Positions 1-8,895 of a stretch of DNA of 32,000 bases are shown here, piece after piece; the stretch's first letter is position 1, and the number at the start of each line of letters is the position of its first letter. The notes below the pieces were generated by a model. The model was not told the origin of the DNA, searched no databases, and saw only the letters and a program-made list of their open reading frames with translations. The DNA comes from an uncultured Phycisphaeraceae bacterium (lineage in GTDB: Bacteria; Planctomycetota; Phycisphaerae; Phycisphaerales; Phycisphaeraceae), in assembly GCA_964605235.1 (NCBI GenBank), contig CAZSBB010000001.1, forward strand, positions 68,841-100,840, given 5' to 3'. Both the position numbers and the translations under genes were made by a program.

Positions 1-312
1 CAGGCGCTGGGCGTCGCCCGCGGCCTGCTCATCCAGGCGATGGCCAACGGCGTGCCCGTGCTGGCGCTGCGCGATCCCTGGCTCGATCATCTCATCGACG
101 GCCACACCGCCTGGCTGGTCGACCAACCCGACCCGACACGCTGGAACGCCCTGCTGCGGAAAGTCATCGAGCAGCCGGAACAGACGCTGGCATTGACCCA
201 GAGCGCCCGCCAGCATGTGCGGCAAAAACACGTCCCGGCGCGGCAGGTCGCGCTGTCCTTAGCCCTCTACCGCCGAATGACCGGCGAAGGTTTCCTGTTC
301 AAAAGCGAGTGA
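1..312 (+). CDS. glycosyltransferase (GT-B, family 1/4-like), C-terminal fragment entering from upstream of the window
   Basis: Frame 1 is open from base 1 (QALGVARGLLIQAMANGVPVLALRDPWLDHLIDGHTAWLV...). This is the A.G.PV.A......E.I..G.TG.LV pattern of the C-terminal half of GT1/GT4 enzymes. TGA at 310-312. The listed ORF 40..312 is only the Met-start version. Confidence 0.6.
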   Translation, partial: QALGVARGLLIQAMANGVPVLALRDPWLDHLIDGHTAWLVDQPDPTRWNALLRKVIEQPEQTLALTQSARQHVRQKHVPARQVALSLALYRRMTGEGFLFKSE

Positions 313-321
313 GCAACAACC

Positions 322-1179
322 ATGTGGGTCGCCCACACCATTGCCGATCTGCGGCACCGCCGCACCGCCTGCACCGGACCCGTCGGCTTCGTGCCCACCA
401 TGGGCGCGCTGCACCGCGGCCACGTCGCGCTGATCGAACAGGCGCGCCAGCGCTGCCCGCAGGTCATCGTCAGCATCTTCGTCAATCCCACGCAGTTCGG
501 CCCCAACGAGGACTTCAACCGCTACCCCCGCCCGCTGGAAGACGATCTGGCGGCCTGCCGGGCGGCGGGCGCGGCCGGCGTCTTCAACCCTGCGCCCGAG
601 CAGATGTATCCCCCCGCCCGGCCGGCGTGCGAGGTGAATGTCCCGTCGCTGACGAACGACCTGGAAGGCGCGCTTCGCCCGGGCCATTTCGCCGGCGTCT
701 GCCGGGTGGTCGCCAAGCTGTTTCACCTGGTGGCGCCGGATTTCGCCTGCTTTGGCCGCAAGGACCTGCAGCAGTTGCGCGTGATTCAAGCCATGGTCGC
801 CGACCTGGACCTGCCGGTGGAAATTGTCGAGTGCGAAACCGTGCGCGAGGAGGACGGCCTGGCGCGCAGCAGCCGCAACCGCTACCTCACCGCTGCGGAG
901 CGCCCCCGCGCCGTCGCGCTCTTCAAAGCCTTGACCGAAGCCCGCCTGCTCATCGAACAGCAGGGCGAAATCGAACCGGCTGCGGTGGAGAGCGCCATGA
1001 GCGTCATCCTCCGCGCCCATCAGCTCACGGTGGATTATGCCGTTGTGCGCCATCCGCGCACGCTCGCCAGACTGGAAGTGATCGAGCCGGCGCTCACCGG
1101 CGGCGTGGCGGCGCTGATCGCGGCGCGCCTGGGCAGCGTGCGGCTGATCGACAATATGCTCATCGGCGTGGATGCGTGA
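322..1179 (+). CDS. panC: pantoate--beta-alanine ligase
   Basis: 285 aa. Motifs PTMGALHRGH, SIFVNPTQFGPNEDF, FGRKDLQQL and ARSSRNRYL are collinear with PanC. Starts 9 nt after the upstream stop. Confidence 0.93.
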   Translation: MWVAHTIADLRHRRTACTGPVGFVPTMGALHRGHVALIEQARQRCPQVIVSIFVNPTQFGPNEDFNRYPRPLEDDLAACRAAGAAGVFNPAPEQMYPPARPACEVNVPSLTNDLEGALRPGHFAGVCRVVAKLFHLVAPDFACFGRKDLQQLRVIQAMVADLDLPVEIVECETVREEDGLARSSRNRYLTAAERPRAVALFKALTEARLLIEQQGEIEPAAVESAMSVILRAHQLTVDYAVVRHPRTLARLEVIEPALTGGVAALIAARLGSVRLIDNMLIGVDA

Positions 1180-1187
1180 AGTGCTGC

Positions 1188-1853
1188 TCAGCGCGCGGGG
1201 GTCGGCCCCGCCGGCCGGCTTTGCCGACGCAGCATCACTTCCACCGGCAGGCTGCCCATCCCCATATAGCCCTGCTGCGGCGTGTCGCTGACCTTGTTGG
1301 ACTTGACCTGCCCGTTGATCATGGTGTTGATCTGGCGATTGACCTGGCGATCGATCGGGCGGGCGACAACCTGATTGGGCGCGAGGGGCGTCTGCCGGCG
1401 CTCCAGTTCCTCAAGCTGCTTCTGAGCATAGCGTGGATCAGAGCGCGGGTCGAGCAGGAAGACGGTGTTGGCGGGCAGCACCTCGACGAACTGGCCATCG
1501 CGCTTGCCCTGCACGTTGGCGTTGAAGGTCTTCTCGCGGTAGGGATCGACGACCATGTAGGTCATGCGGTCGACCTTGGCGGTGAAGCCGGGGCCGACGC
1601 GGTAGAAGCCGTCCTGGGTCTGGGCGCCGCCGAGCATGCCGGCGGCGGCATCCTGAGCTTTGATGCGATACAGCGAGGTGCCTTCGCCGTCGCTGCGCAG
1701 GCCGGTCTGCGTCTGCCGCATGCTGTGGGAAAGCACGTCGAGGTCGCCCACGCCCTGGTCCACGCCTTCGATCGCTTCGGCGTGCAGCGGCGCGCTGCTG
1801 AGCGCCGCCGGCAATACGAGAACCCAGAGCCACAATCGGCTGAAGTAGCGCAT
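1188..1853 (-). CDS. secreted hypothetical protein
   Basis: 221 aa. ATG at 1853. N-terminal signal-like MRYFSRLWLWVLVLPAALSSAPLHAEA. Non-repetitive composition, unlike the shadow ORFs. No recognisable catalytic motif. Confidence 0.6.
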   Translation of the reverse strand: MRYFSRLWLWVLVLPAALSSAPLHAEAIEGVDQGVGDLDVLSHSMRQTQTGLRSDGEGTSLYRIKAQDAAAGMLGGAQTQDGFYRVGPGFTAKVDRMTYMVVDPYREKTFNANVQGKRDGQFVEVLPANTVFLLDPRSDPRYAQKQLEELERRQTPLAPNQVVARPIDRQVNRQINTMINGQVKSNKVSDTPQQGYMGMGSLPVEVMLRRQSRPAGPTPAR

Positions 1854-2003
1854 GGTCAGGTTATCGGCAGTCTGGCTGCGGGAAATGCAGCCAAATCCGC
1901 TGAACCACGCTCACCGCCAGCTTGACCAGACGTTTCATGGAATAAACTACGTCGTCGGGCGGTAGCTTTGCCGTCCCGCTGTTCAAGTTCGGAGCCCGCC
2001 TGC

Positions 2004-3047
2004 ATGTCGCCAACCCTCACGTTGCCGCAGTTGTTCGCCCAGGACCGCTTTGCCGCCCGGCTGCAGGCCGAGGGTCAGACATTGGTGCGCGACCGGCTAC
2101 GAACGATGCAACTGAACCTGGGCAAATTGTGCAATCAGGCGTGTCATCACTGCCACGTGGAAGCCGGCCCGCAACGACAGGAGGTCATGACCTGGGCCGT
2201 CATGCAGCGCGTGCTGGCGTGGATCGATCGCCATCAGGCGGCGGCGGGGCTGGAAGTCGTGGACCTGACCGGCGGGGCGCCGGAGCTGAATCCGCATTTT
2301 CGGCAACTGGTGGTCGCCCTGCGGCAGCGCGGGTTGCAGGTGCTCGACCGCTGCAACCTGACCATCCTGCTCGAACCCGATCAGGACGACCTGGGCGCGT
2401 TCCTGGCGGAGCAGGCGGTGGGCATTGTCGCTTCGCTGCCCTGCTATCTGGAGGAGAACGTCGACGCCCAGCGCGGCGCCGGCGTGTTTGCGGATTCGAT
2501 CCTCGCGCTGCAGCAGCTCAACGCCCTGGGCTACGGCGCCGACGACGGGAAGCTGACGCTGGACCTGGTGTACAACCCGGTGGGCTATGGTTTGCCGCCG
2601 GCGCAAGGGGCGTTGGAAGCCGCGTACAAGGAGCAATTGGCGCAGCGGTTTGGCATCCGGTTCAATCGGCTCTTCGCGCTGGCGAACATGCCCATCCGGC
2701 GGTTCGCCCACGCCCTGGAGCGCGACGGCAAAGTGGGGATGTACCAGCAAAAGCTGGAGACGGCGCATCGCCCCGGGAATGTCGCAAGCGTGATGTGCCG
2801 AGCGCTGGTGAGCGTGGGCTGGCAGGGCAGCGTGTACGACTGCGATTTCAATCAGATGATGCAGATGCCGGTGGAGCCGACGACGTTTGGTTTGGGCGCG
2901 GAGGAAGCGTTGGTGGAGCGGGACAGCCGGAAGCTGTGGGAGTATGAGCTGGCGGAATTGTGCGGGCGGGCGATCCGCACCGGGTCGCATTGCTTTGGCT
3001 GCACCGCCGGCGAGGGGTCCAGTTGCACCGGGGCGCTGCAGGCGTGA
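2004..3047 (+). CDS. arsS: radical SAM/Cys-rich domain protein, ArsS-like (arsenosugar-type radical SAM family)
   Basis: CNQACHHCH (CX3CX2C radical SAM cluster motif) in LNLGKLCNQACHHCHVEAGP. Also DLTGGAPELNP, DRCNLTIL, ASLPCY, VYNP, NMPIRRF, YDCDFNQM and a Cys-rich tail GSHCFGCTAGEGSSCTG. The listed ORF starts at TTG 1968; ATG 2004 (MSPTLTLPQLF) is the more likely start. Confidence 0.78.
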   Translation: MSPTLTLPQLFAQDRFAARLQAEGQTLVRDRLRTMQLNLGKLCNQACHHCHVEAGPQRQEVMTWAVMQRVLAWIDRHQAAAGLEVVDLTGGAPELNPHFRQLVVALRQRGLQVLDRCNLTILLEPDQDDLGAFLAEQAVGIVASLPCYLEENVDAQRGAGVFADSILALQQLNALGYGADDGKLTLDLVYNPVGYGLPPAQGALEAAYKEQLAQRFGIRFNRLFALANMPIRRFAHALERDGKVGMYQQKLETAHRPGNVASVMCRALVSVGWQGSVYDCDFNQMMQMPVEPTTFGLGAEEALVERDSRKLWEYELAELCGRAIRTGSHCFGCTAGEGSSCTGALQA

Positions 3048-3077
3048 ACGGGTTTGTTCGCGGATGAAACGGCGCAG

Positions 3078-5000
3078 CTAGGCGGCGTGGCCGGCGGTGG
3101 TCAGATGCGCCTGCAACGCCTGTCCCAGTTGGCCCAGCGTGATGGGTTTGGTGTAGTAGCCATCACAGCCGGCGTCGAGGCAGCGCTGGCGCGTCTCGGG
3201 AATGGCGTCCGCAGTGAGCGCCAGCACCGGCTGGTGGTAACCGAGCTTGCGCAGCTGCCGGGCGGCGGTGTAGCCATCAATTTCAGGCATCTGCATGTCC
3301 AGCAGGATCAGCTCCGGCGGATCGTTGGACTGCACGCGCTGGTATGCCACGGCAGCGCCGTCCACCGCTTCCGCTTCATACTTGAGCCGCTGCAGCAGAT
3401 GCACCAGCAGCTTGCGGTTCATGGCGTCGTCATCGACCACCAGCACCCGCGTCGGCGCGGCGGCGGGAACCGGCAGCGCTGGCGTCTGGGCTTCCATCTG
3501 CGTCACGCGCGGGGCGGCGCACTGGGCGCTGGTCAACGGCAACTCCACGATGAAGGTGGTGCCTTGTCGTGGGGTGCTGCGGACGGTGATCTGCCCACCT
3601 AAGCTCAGGATGATCTGCCGGGTGATGGGCAGCCCCAGCCCCAGGCCCGGGAAATGCCGGCGCATGGAATCATCCGCCTGGGCAAAGGGTTCCCAGAGCT
3701 GTTCCTGCTGGGCGGCGGTCATGCCCATGCCGGTGTCGCGCACCTCCAGCCGCAGCAGTTGTGAGGAAGGGGCGACGCCCGCCCACAGAGTCACTTCGCC
3801 ACCGGCAGTGAACTTGACCGCATTGTCCAGCAGTTTGACCAGCGCCTGCCGCAGCCGCAGGGGATCACTGGTGAGGGTCGGGGGAATGCCCGCTTCCGCC
3901 AGCCGCATGGTCAAGCGCAAGCCCTTGGCGCGCGCGGGGTCCGCAGTGGCGTCCATCACCGAACACAGCAACTGCGGCAGGTTCACTTCTTCCAGATTGA
4001 TCCGGGCGGTGCGGGCGTCGAACTCCGACATCAGCAGCACATCGTTGACCAGTTCCAGCAGATGCTGCCCGCTGCGGCGAATGTCCGCCAGCGCCGAGGA
4101 TATCTGCGCCGGATCATCGCGCTGGGGATTGATGGTGTCCCCGTAGCCGAGGATGGCGCCCAGCGGGGTGCGCAGCTCGTGGCTCATGTTCGCCAGAAAC
4201 TGGCGTTTGGCGGCCAGGGCGGCTTCCACCTGCTGCGTCTGCTGTTTCAGTTTGCGATGGGCGGCACGCACTTCCAGCAAGCGGTGGCGCAGATCGCGCG
4301 TCATGGGTTCAAAAATCAACAACGCTTCGCCGGCGAGCGCCAGCAGCACCAGCACCGTCAGGGCTATTTCCAGCCCCTGCAGCGAGCGCACTTTGCGGGC
4401 CGCCAGTTCCTCATACAGCTTGACGATCTGGTCCATCTGCACCAGAAAATCCTGCTCGTGCGCCAGCGCCCGCGCGGCGGCGGCGGCGTGCTCCGCCGGG
4501 GTGGTCGCCTGCAGCGCGGCATGCGCGGCGGCGACCAGTTCCTGGTGATCACGGTCCAGCCGATGGTAGCCCTCGGTGATCGCCGGCACGATCAGATGGG
4601 GAATGCCGCGGGCGTCGTCGCCATCGCGCAGCGCCTGATGCGCCGCTACAAACTGCTCCACCGCTTGAGTTAACTCGATGCGCAGCGCGGGCGCGTCCGC
4701 CGGCGCCGGGCTGGCCGCCAGCCGGAGGATGAGCTGCGTCAACCGCTGGCTGAGCATGCGTTGACGCCCGGAGATATTCACCACATGGCTGTCATGGCGG
4801 GCCGCCACCAGCGCGTACTGCACCAGCGCCTGGCTGATGAGCGTCAAACCCGCCACCAGCGCCAGCGCCAGCACATAGCGCCGGCGGACCATGCGGGTGA
4901 GCGTCAGCGGCCCACCACTGGGCGCCAGGGCCGATGGGTTGCTGACTGGTGTTGAGCAGGTTTCAACCCGCGCCATAAATCCGCCTTTGCACAACTTCAT
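3078..5000 (-). CDS. hybrid sensor histidine kinase/response regulator with periplasmic PilJ/NarX-like four-helix sensor
   Basis: Two TM segments flank a domain with VVNISGRQRMLSQRL (PilJ/NarX P-box-like). H-box FLANMSHELRTPLGAILGY. HATPase_c motifs (LLDNAVKFT, DTGMGM, GLGLGL). C-terminal receiver (VLVVDDD...LLDMQMPEIDG...LTADA). Start is uncertain: alternatives at 4976 and 4895 (MVRRRYVLALAL). Confidence 0.9.
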   Translation of the reverse strand: MKLCKGGFMARVETCSTPVSNPSALAPSGGPLTLTRMVRRRYVLALALVAGLTLISQALVQYALVAARHDSHVVNISGRQRMLSQRLTQLILRLAASPAPADAPALRIELTQAVEQFVAAHQALRDGDDARGIPHLIVPAITEGYHRLDRDHQELVAAAHAALQATTPAEHAAAAARALAHEQDFLVQMDQIVKLYEELAARKVRSLQGLEIALTVLVLLALAGEALLIFEPMTRDLRHRLLEVRAAHRKLKQQTQQVEAALAAKRQFLANMSHELRTPLGAILGYGDTINPQRDDPAQISSALADIRRSGQHLLELVNDVLLMSEFDARTARINLEEVNLPQLLCSVMDATADPARAKGLRLTMRLAEAGIPPTLTSDPLRLRQALVKLLDNAVKFTAGGEVTLWAGVAPSSQLLRLEVRDTGMGMTAAQQEQLWEPFAQADDSMRRHFPGLGLGLPITRQIILSLGGQITVRSTPRQGTTFIVELPLTSAQCAAPRVTQMEAQTPALPVPAAAPTRVLVVDDDAMNRKLLVHLLQRLKYEAEAVDGAAVAYQRVQSNDPPELILLDMQMPEIDGYTAARQLRKLGYHQPVLALTADAIPETRQRCLDAGCDGYYTKPITLGQLGQALQAHLTTAGHAA

Positions 5001-5032
5001 TCAAGGTCGGCAGGCGCCCATCCCTGGGCCGA

Positions 5033-5821
5033 TCAACGATCCCGGTACAACGCGAACACGCACACCGTGGCGAACCGCCGCAGCGCGGGAATCTTCAGCA
5101 AGAGGTAATCCAGCCGATGCAGCCCCGCCACCAGCGGCCAGCAATTGGGGAACGCCGGCCAGACGCGGCTGGTCATCTGGAAATGCCGCATCACGCAGCG
5201 ATCAAACGGCTGGGCGAACGCGGCGATGTCGGCGTCGTTGAGCGGCTGCTCGTCCTCGGTGGGCGGGAAAAACGAATACGGCACGCACTGCCGCAGCCGA
5301 TGCAGCAGGTGCGAATTGATCACCGGCTCGGCGAACACCGCGCTCCCGCCGGGCCGCAGCCGGTCGTACACCTGCTGCGCCATCCCTTCCAGCGGGATAT
5401 GGTGCAGCGCGGCATAGCCGATCACATGGTCGAACTGCTGGCCGGGAAACGCCTGCGTGAAATCGCCGGTCACCTGCAACTGCACGCGCTGGTCCACGCC
5501 GTTGACCTGGGCACGGCGGCGCACCATGGCGATCGACTGGGCGCTGATGTCGTACGCATGCACATTGGCGCCGTTGTAGGCGCAGATGCTCGCGTCAATG
5601 CCGTTGCCGCAGGCGATTTCCAGCGTGTCCTTGCCCGCCAGCGGCGCCAGCAGGTGGTAGTAGTACTCGCGGGGATAAACGGTATGGGCGGAAGGATGGG
5701 CGTAGCGCTCCTGATCGAAAGCGTCGAGCGGAGCAATGCCGCGCGCTGCTTCCTGGGCGTAATGCTCTTCAAAATGCGCGACCTCGCGCGCCAGCCGTTC
5801 CGCGACCTGCACCTGCGTCAT
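5033..5821 (-). CDS. class I SAM-dependent methyltransferase
   Basis: 262 aa. Motif I LEIACGNGIDA, an acidic residue after beta-2 (VHAYDIS), and post-I/II motifs (FDHVIGYAALHHI, LRPGGSAVF). Ends 32 nt upstream of the kinase ORF on the same strand. Confidence 0.85.
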   Translation of the reverse strand: MTQVQVAERLAREVAHFEEHYAQEAARGIAPLDAFDQERYAHPSAHTVYPREYYYHLLAPLAGKDTLEIACGNGIDASICAYNGANVHAYDISAQSIAMVRRRAQVNGVDQRVQLQVTGDFTQAFPGQQFDHVIGYAALHHIPLEGMAQQVYDRLRPGGSAVFAEPVINSHLLHRLRQCVPYSFFPPTEDEQPLNDADIAAFAQPFDRCVMRHFQMTSRVWPAFPNCWPLVAGLHRLDYLLLKIPALRRFATVCVFALYRDR

Positions 5822-5909
5822 GCCACTGCTCCCTGCGCGCGACGCCGGCGCGGCATCTGCGCTCCTTGTTGGGTCTGTATCGGCTGATCGGGCTTGGCAA
5901 TTGAGTCAA

Positions 5910-5923
5910 TGAACGGGCGTTCA
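5910..5923. promoter_or_regulatory. 14-bp palindrome TGAACG-GG-CGTTCA in a divergent intergenic region
   Basis: Read directly. Six-bp arms are perfectly complementary with a 2-nt centre. Lies between the methyltransferase start (5821) and the M16 peptidase start (5988/6036). Confidence 0.3.
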
Positions 5924-6035
5924 CTTCCTATCGGACGCAACCGCGTCTGCCGGCGGTTATCATGCCCCCGCCCTGACCCGCCGGAGGGTGAAACCTCCTG
6001 TCGGCGGCCGGGGTAAGACCTCGGGAGGACCCTCC

Positions 6036-8888
6036 ATGACGCCAATTCGCGCCGGGAATCGCTGGACCGCGGTCGCCGTGCTGACCTTCACCTTCACCCT
6101 CTTGCCGACCGCTGGCAGCGTCCGGGCCCAGACCCCCGCCGCCAGCGCCGGCGCGGAGATCAAAGTGCTTCAGGAACGACCCGACCGACTGCTGGCGGTG
6201 CTGCCCAATCGCATGATTGTCGCCGTGCAGGAGCTGCGCACCGCGCCCGTGGTTTCCGCCCAGGTGTGGGTGAAGACCGGTTCCATCTACGAACAGGAAT
6301 TCGTCGGCGCCGGGCTGAGCCATTTCCTGGAACACCTGCTCGCCGGCGGGTCCACCACCACCCGCAGCGAGGATGAAACCAACGCCATCCTCGGCCGGAT
6401 CGGCGCCAAGACCAATGCCGCCACCGGGCTGGACAATGTCCACTACTACATCGACACCACCGCCGACCATGCCGACACCGCTATCGACCTGCTCTCCGAC
6501 TGGATGCGCAACAGCGTCATCTCCGACGCCGAGTACCAGCGCGAGCGTCAGGTCATTCAGCGCGAATTCGAGCACGGCCTGGGCAGCCCCGGCCGGGTGT
6601 TCTGGAAGCTCACCCAGCAGGCGCGCTATCGCGCCCACCCCGCCCGGCATCCGACCATCGGCTATCTCCAGCAATTCCTGAGCATCAGCCGCGATCAGAT
6701 TTATGACTTCTACCGCCGCATGTACGTGCCCAACAACATGCTGTTCGTGGTGGTGGGCGATGTGGACAAGCATGCGGTGCTGCAGCGCATCGCCCGGGCG
6801 TGGAGCACCGACACCACCGGCAGCCTGCCGCGCCTGAGCTTTCCGGTGGAACCTGAACTCACCGAGCCGCGCCAGTACACCGGCGTCGCCGCCATCACCG
6901 CGCCCAAGCTCCGCCTCGCCTGGCCAGGCACGCAACTGGCGGAGCGCGGGGATTACGAGCTGGACCTGCTGGCGTCGATCCTCGGCGGCGGCGAAACCAG
7001 TCGCCTGGTGCGCGTCATCCGCGATGAGCTGCAACTGGTCAACAACATCAGCGCCTACAACGCCAGCTTCTCCTGGGGCAAAGGTTTCTTCGGCATTGAC
7101 GCCGACGTGCGCGTGCCCGCAGGCGAAACCCCTCAGCAAGCCATCGGCCGAGTGCAGGAAGCCATCCTGCTGGAAGTCGCCAAGCTGCGCAGCGAAGGCG
7201 TCACCGCTGCCGAACTCGCCCGCGCCAAGCGTCAGGTGCTCGCCGGGGTGATGTATGAAGGTCAGACCGCCAACGCCCTGGCGAGTCGGCTCGCCAGCGA
7301 CATCCTGGGCATGGGCGATGCCGACTATCTCCAGCGCTACGCCCGGGCGGTGCAGGAACTGCATCCCGATGCCCTGCAATTCACCGCCGCCCGTTTTCTG
7401 GAAGCGAACAAGCTCATCAGCGTCACCCTGCTGCCGCTCCCGCCGGGCGAACGCATGGGCGAGATGGAGCGCCCCGCCGAGCCGACGGCAACTGACGACC
7501 TGGCGCGCACCCCGGTGCTGCTGGACAACGCCCTGGTGATCGACCGCCTGAGCGCCAAGGTGCTCGAACCCGTCGGCGACGACCGGGCGGGCGCGGTGCT
7601 CGGCCCCGTCGAACGCTTCACGCTGTCCAACGGCCTGCGGCTGCTGGTGCAACGCAGCACGCTCACGCCCACCGCGTCCATTCAGCTTTATCAATTAGGC
7701 GGTCTGCTGGCGGACGAACCGGGACGCGAAGGCCTCGCCAACGCCGTCAGCGCCATGCTGACCAAAGGCACCGCGACCCGCAGCGCCCAGGACATCGCCC
7801 TGCAGACCGAAGACCTGGGCGCCAGCCTGGACTTCGCCTGCGGCAACAACACCAGCTACGCCCGCGCGGTGTGTCTGCGCGACGACGTGCCGGCCGTGCT
7901 GAACCTGCTGGCGGACTGCCTGCTGCACAGCAGTTTCCCCGCCAGCGAATGGGCGTTGCTCCAGCCCCGGCTGATGGCGGCAATCGACCGCAGCCAGGAA
8001 AGCTGGGGCGGCGAACTCAACGCGCGGTTCCGGGCCGCCTACTTTGGGGCAGCGCATCCCTGGTCGCAGATGACTCTGGGCCGCCGCGAAGTCATCGCCA
8101 GCCTCACCCCCGCCGACCTGGCGCAGTTTCATCAGCAGCGGCTGAGCGCCAAGGATGCGGTGCTGGCGGTGTTTGGCGATGTCGATCCGCAGGCGATCAA
8201 GCAGGCCGCCGAGGAATTGTTCGCTGCCCTGCCGCGCGAAGCGCAGGTTCCCTTCACGGCACAGCAGCCGGAGCTGCCCGTCGCCGGGGTGCAGCAGTTC
8301 CACACCGACAAATCGCTGGCGGCGGTGCAGATCGGCCTGGGGCCGGGCGTCGACCGCACTGACCCGGACTACCCCACCCTCAGCGTGCTGTGCAACCTCA
8401 TCAGCAGTTTCCCCTCCGGCTGGTTGGAAGCGGAGCTGCGCGGCAAAGGGCCGGGGCTGGCGTATGCCGTGTGGGCGTACCAGGCGACCGGCATGATCCC
8501 CGGCTACATCGCCGTCGGCTTCAACACCCAACCCGACAGCGTGGAGGAAGCCACCCGTCGGGCGTGGTCGGTCGTCGAACGCGCCAAGACCGCCAGCGAT
8601 ATTGATGACGCCACCCTCGCCCGCGCGAAAGCCGCCGTGCTGGTCGGTGAGTTCCTCGACAAGCAATCCAACAGCCAGCGCGCCGCCGAAGCCGCGCTCG
8701 GTGAGCTATATGGCCTGCCCGCCGACGACGCGCAGCGGTTCTTTGCCGCGGTGCGCAAGCTGACGGTTGAAGAGCTGCGCGCCGCTGCGGAACGCCATCT
8801 GCAAAATGCGGTCACGGTAGTGATTTCCCCGGCGGTGGCGGCTCCCACCGAAACGCCAGCGCCGGCAGCAGTCGGCGCGGGGTCGTAA
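6036..8888 (+). CDS. M16 (pitrilysin/insulinase) family zinc peptidase, two tandem M16 units, secreted
   Basis: HFLEH inverted zinc motif at 6321..6335 in the first half. The second half is M16-like without HxxEH. Signal-like MTPIRAGNRWTAVAVLTFTFTLLPTAGSVRAQ. ATG 6036 is preceded by GGGAGG. The listed ORF starts at GTG 5988. Confidence 0.9.
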   Translation: MTPIRAGNRWTAVAVLTFTFTLLPTAGSVRAQTPAASAGAEIKVLQERPDRLLAVLPNRMIVAVQELRTAPVVSAQVWVKTGSIYEQEFVGAGLSHFLEHLLAGGSTTTRSEDETNAILGRIGAKTNAATGLDNVHYYIDTTADHADTAIDLLSDWMRNSVISDAEYQRERQVIQREFEHGLGSPGRVFWKLTQQARYRAHPARHPTIGYLQQFLSISRDQIYDFYRRMYVPNNMLFVVVGDVDKHAVLQRIARAWSTDTTGSLPRLSFPVEPELTEPRQYTGVAAITAPKLRLAWPGTQLAERGDYELDLLASILGGGETSRLVRVIRDELQLVNNISAYNASFSWGKGFFGIDADVRVPAGETPQQAIGRVQEAILLEVAKLRSEGVTAAELARAKRQVLAGVMYEGQTANALASRLASDILGMGDADYLQRYARAVQELHPDALQFTAARFLEANKLISVTLLPLPPGERMGEMERPAEPTATDDLARTPVLLDNALVIDRLSAKVLEPVGDDRAGAVLGPVERFTLSNGLRLLVQRSTLTPTASIQLYQLGGLLADEPGREGLANAVSAMLTKGTATRSAQDIALQTEDLGASLDFACGNNTSYARAVCLRDDVPAVLNLLADCLLHSSFPASEWALLQPRLMAAIDRSQESWGGELNARFRAAYFGAAHPWSQMTLGRREVIASLTPADLAQFHQQRLSAKDAVLAVFGDVDPQAIKQAAEELFAALPREAQVPFTAQQPELPVAGVQQFHTDKSLAAVQIGLGPGVDRTDPDYPTLSVLCNLISSFPSGWLEAELRGKGPGLAYAVWAYQATGMIPGYIAVGFNTQPDSVEEATRRAWSVVERAKTASDIDDATLARAKAAVLVGEFLDKQSNSQRAAEAALGELYGLPADDAQRFFAAVRKLTVEELRAAAERHLQNAVTVVISPAVAAPTETPAPAAVGAGS

Positions 8889-8895
8889 GCCAACC

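Noticed and set aside
309-1925. 538-aa plus-strand ORF, among the longer ORFs in the left part of the window
   Set aside because: It runs in an alternative frame through panC and antisense to the 1188..1853 gene. Its translation is Arg/Pro/Ala/Gly low-complexity with no motif. It is a typical high-GC shadow ORF, whereas the overlapping panC frame has unambiguous family motifs.
1922-1948. Sigma70-like TTGACC-N15-TAAACT upstream of the ArsS-like gene
   Set aside because: The spacer is short and the -10 is weak. Promoter consensus for this lineage is not established, so I do not report it as a feature.
2990-3047. Possible selenocysteine recoding in the ArsS-like C-terminal Cys-rich tail
   Set aside because: The frame has no in-frame TGA before the terminal stop, all positions are Cys codons, and no SECIS-like hairpin is needed.
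5928-8666. 588-aa and 323-aa minus-strand ORFs opposite the M16 peptidase gene
   Set aside because: They are antisense shadows of a gene with a clear HFLEH zinc motif and signal peptide. Their composition is dominated by G/A/R/V/D repeats with no recognisable domains.
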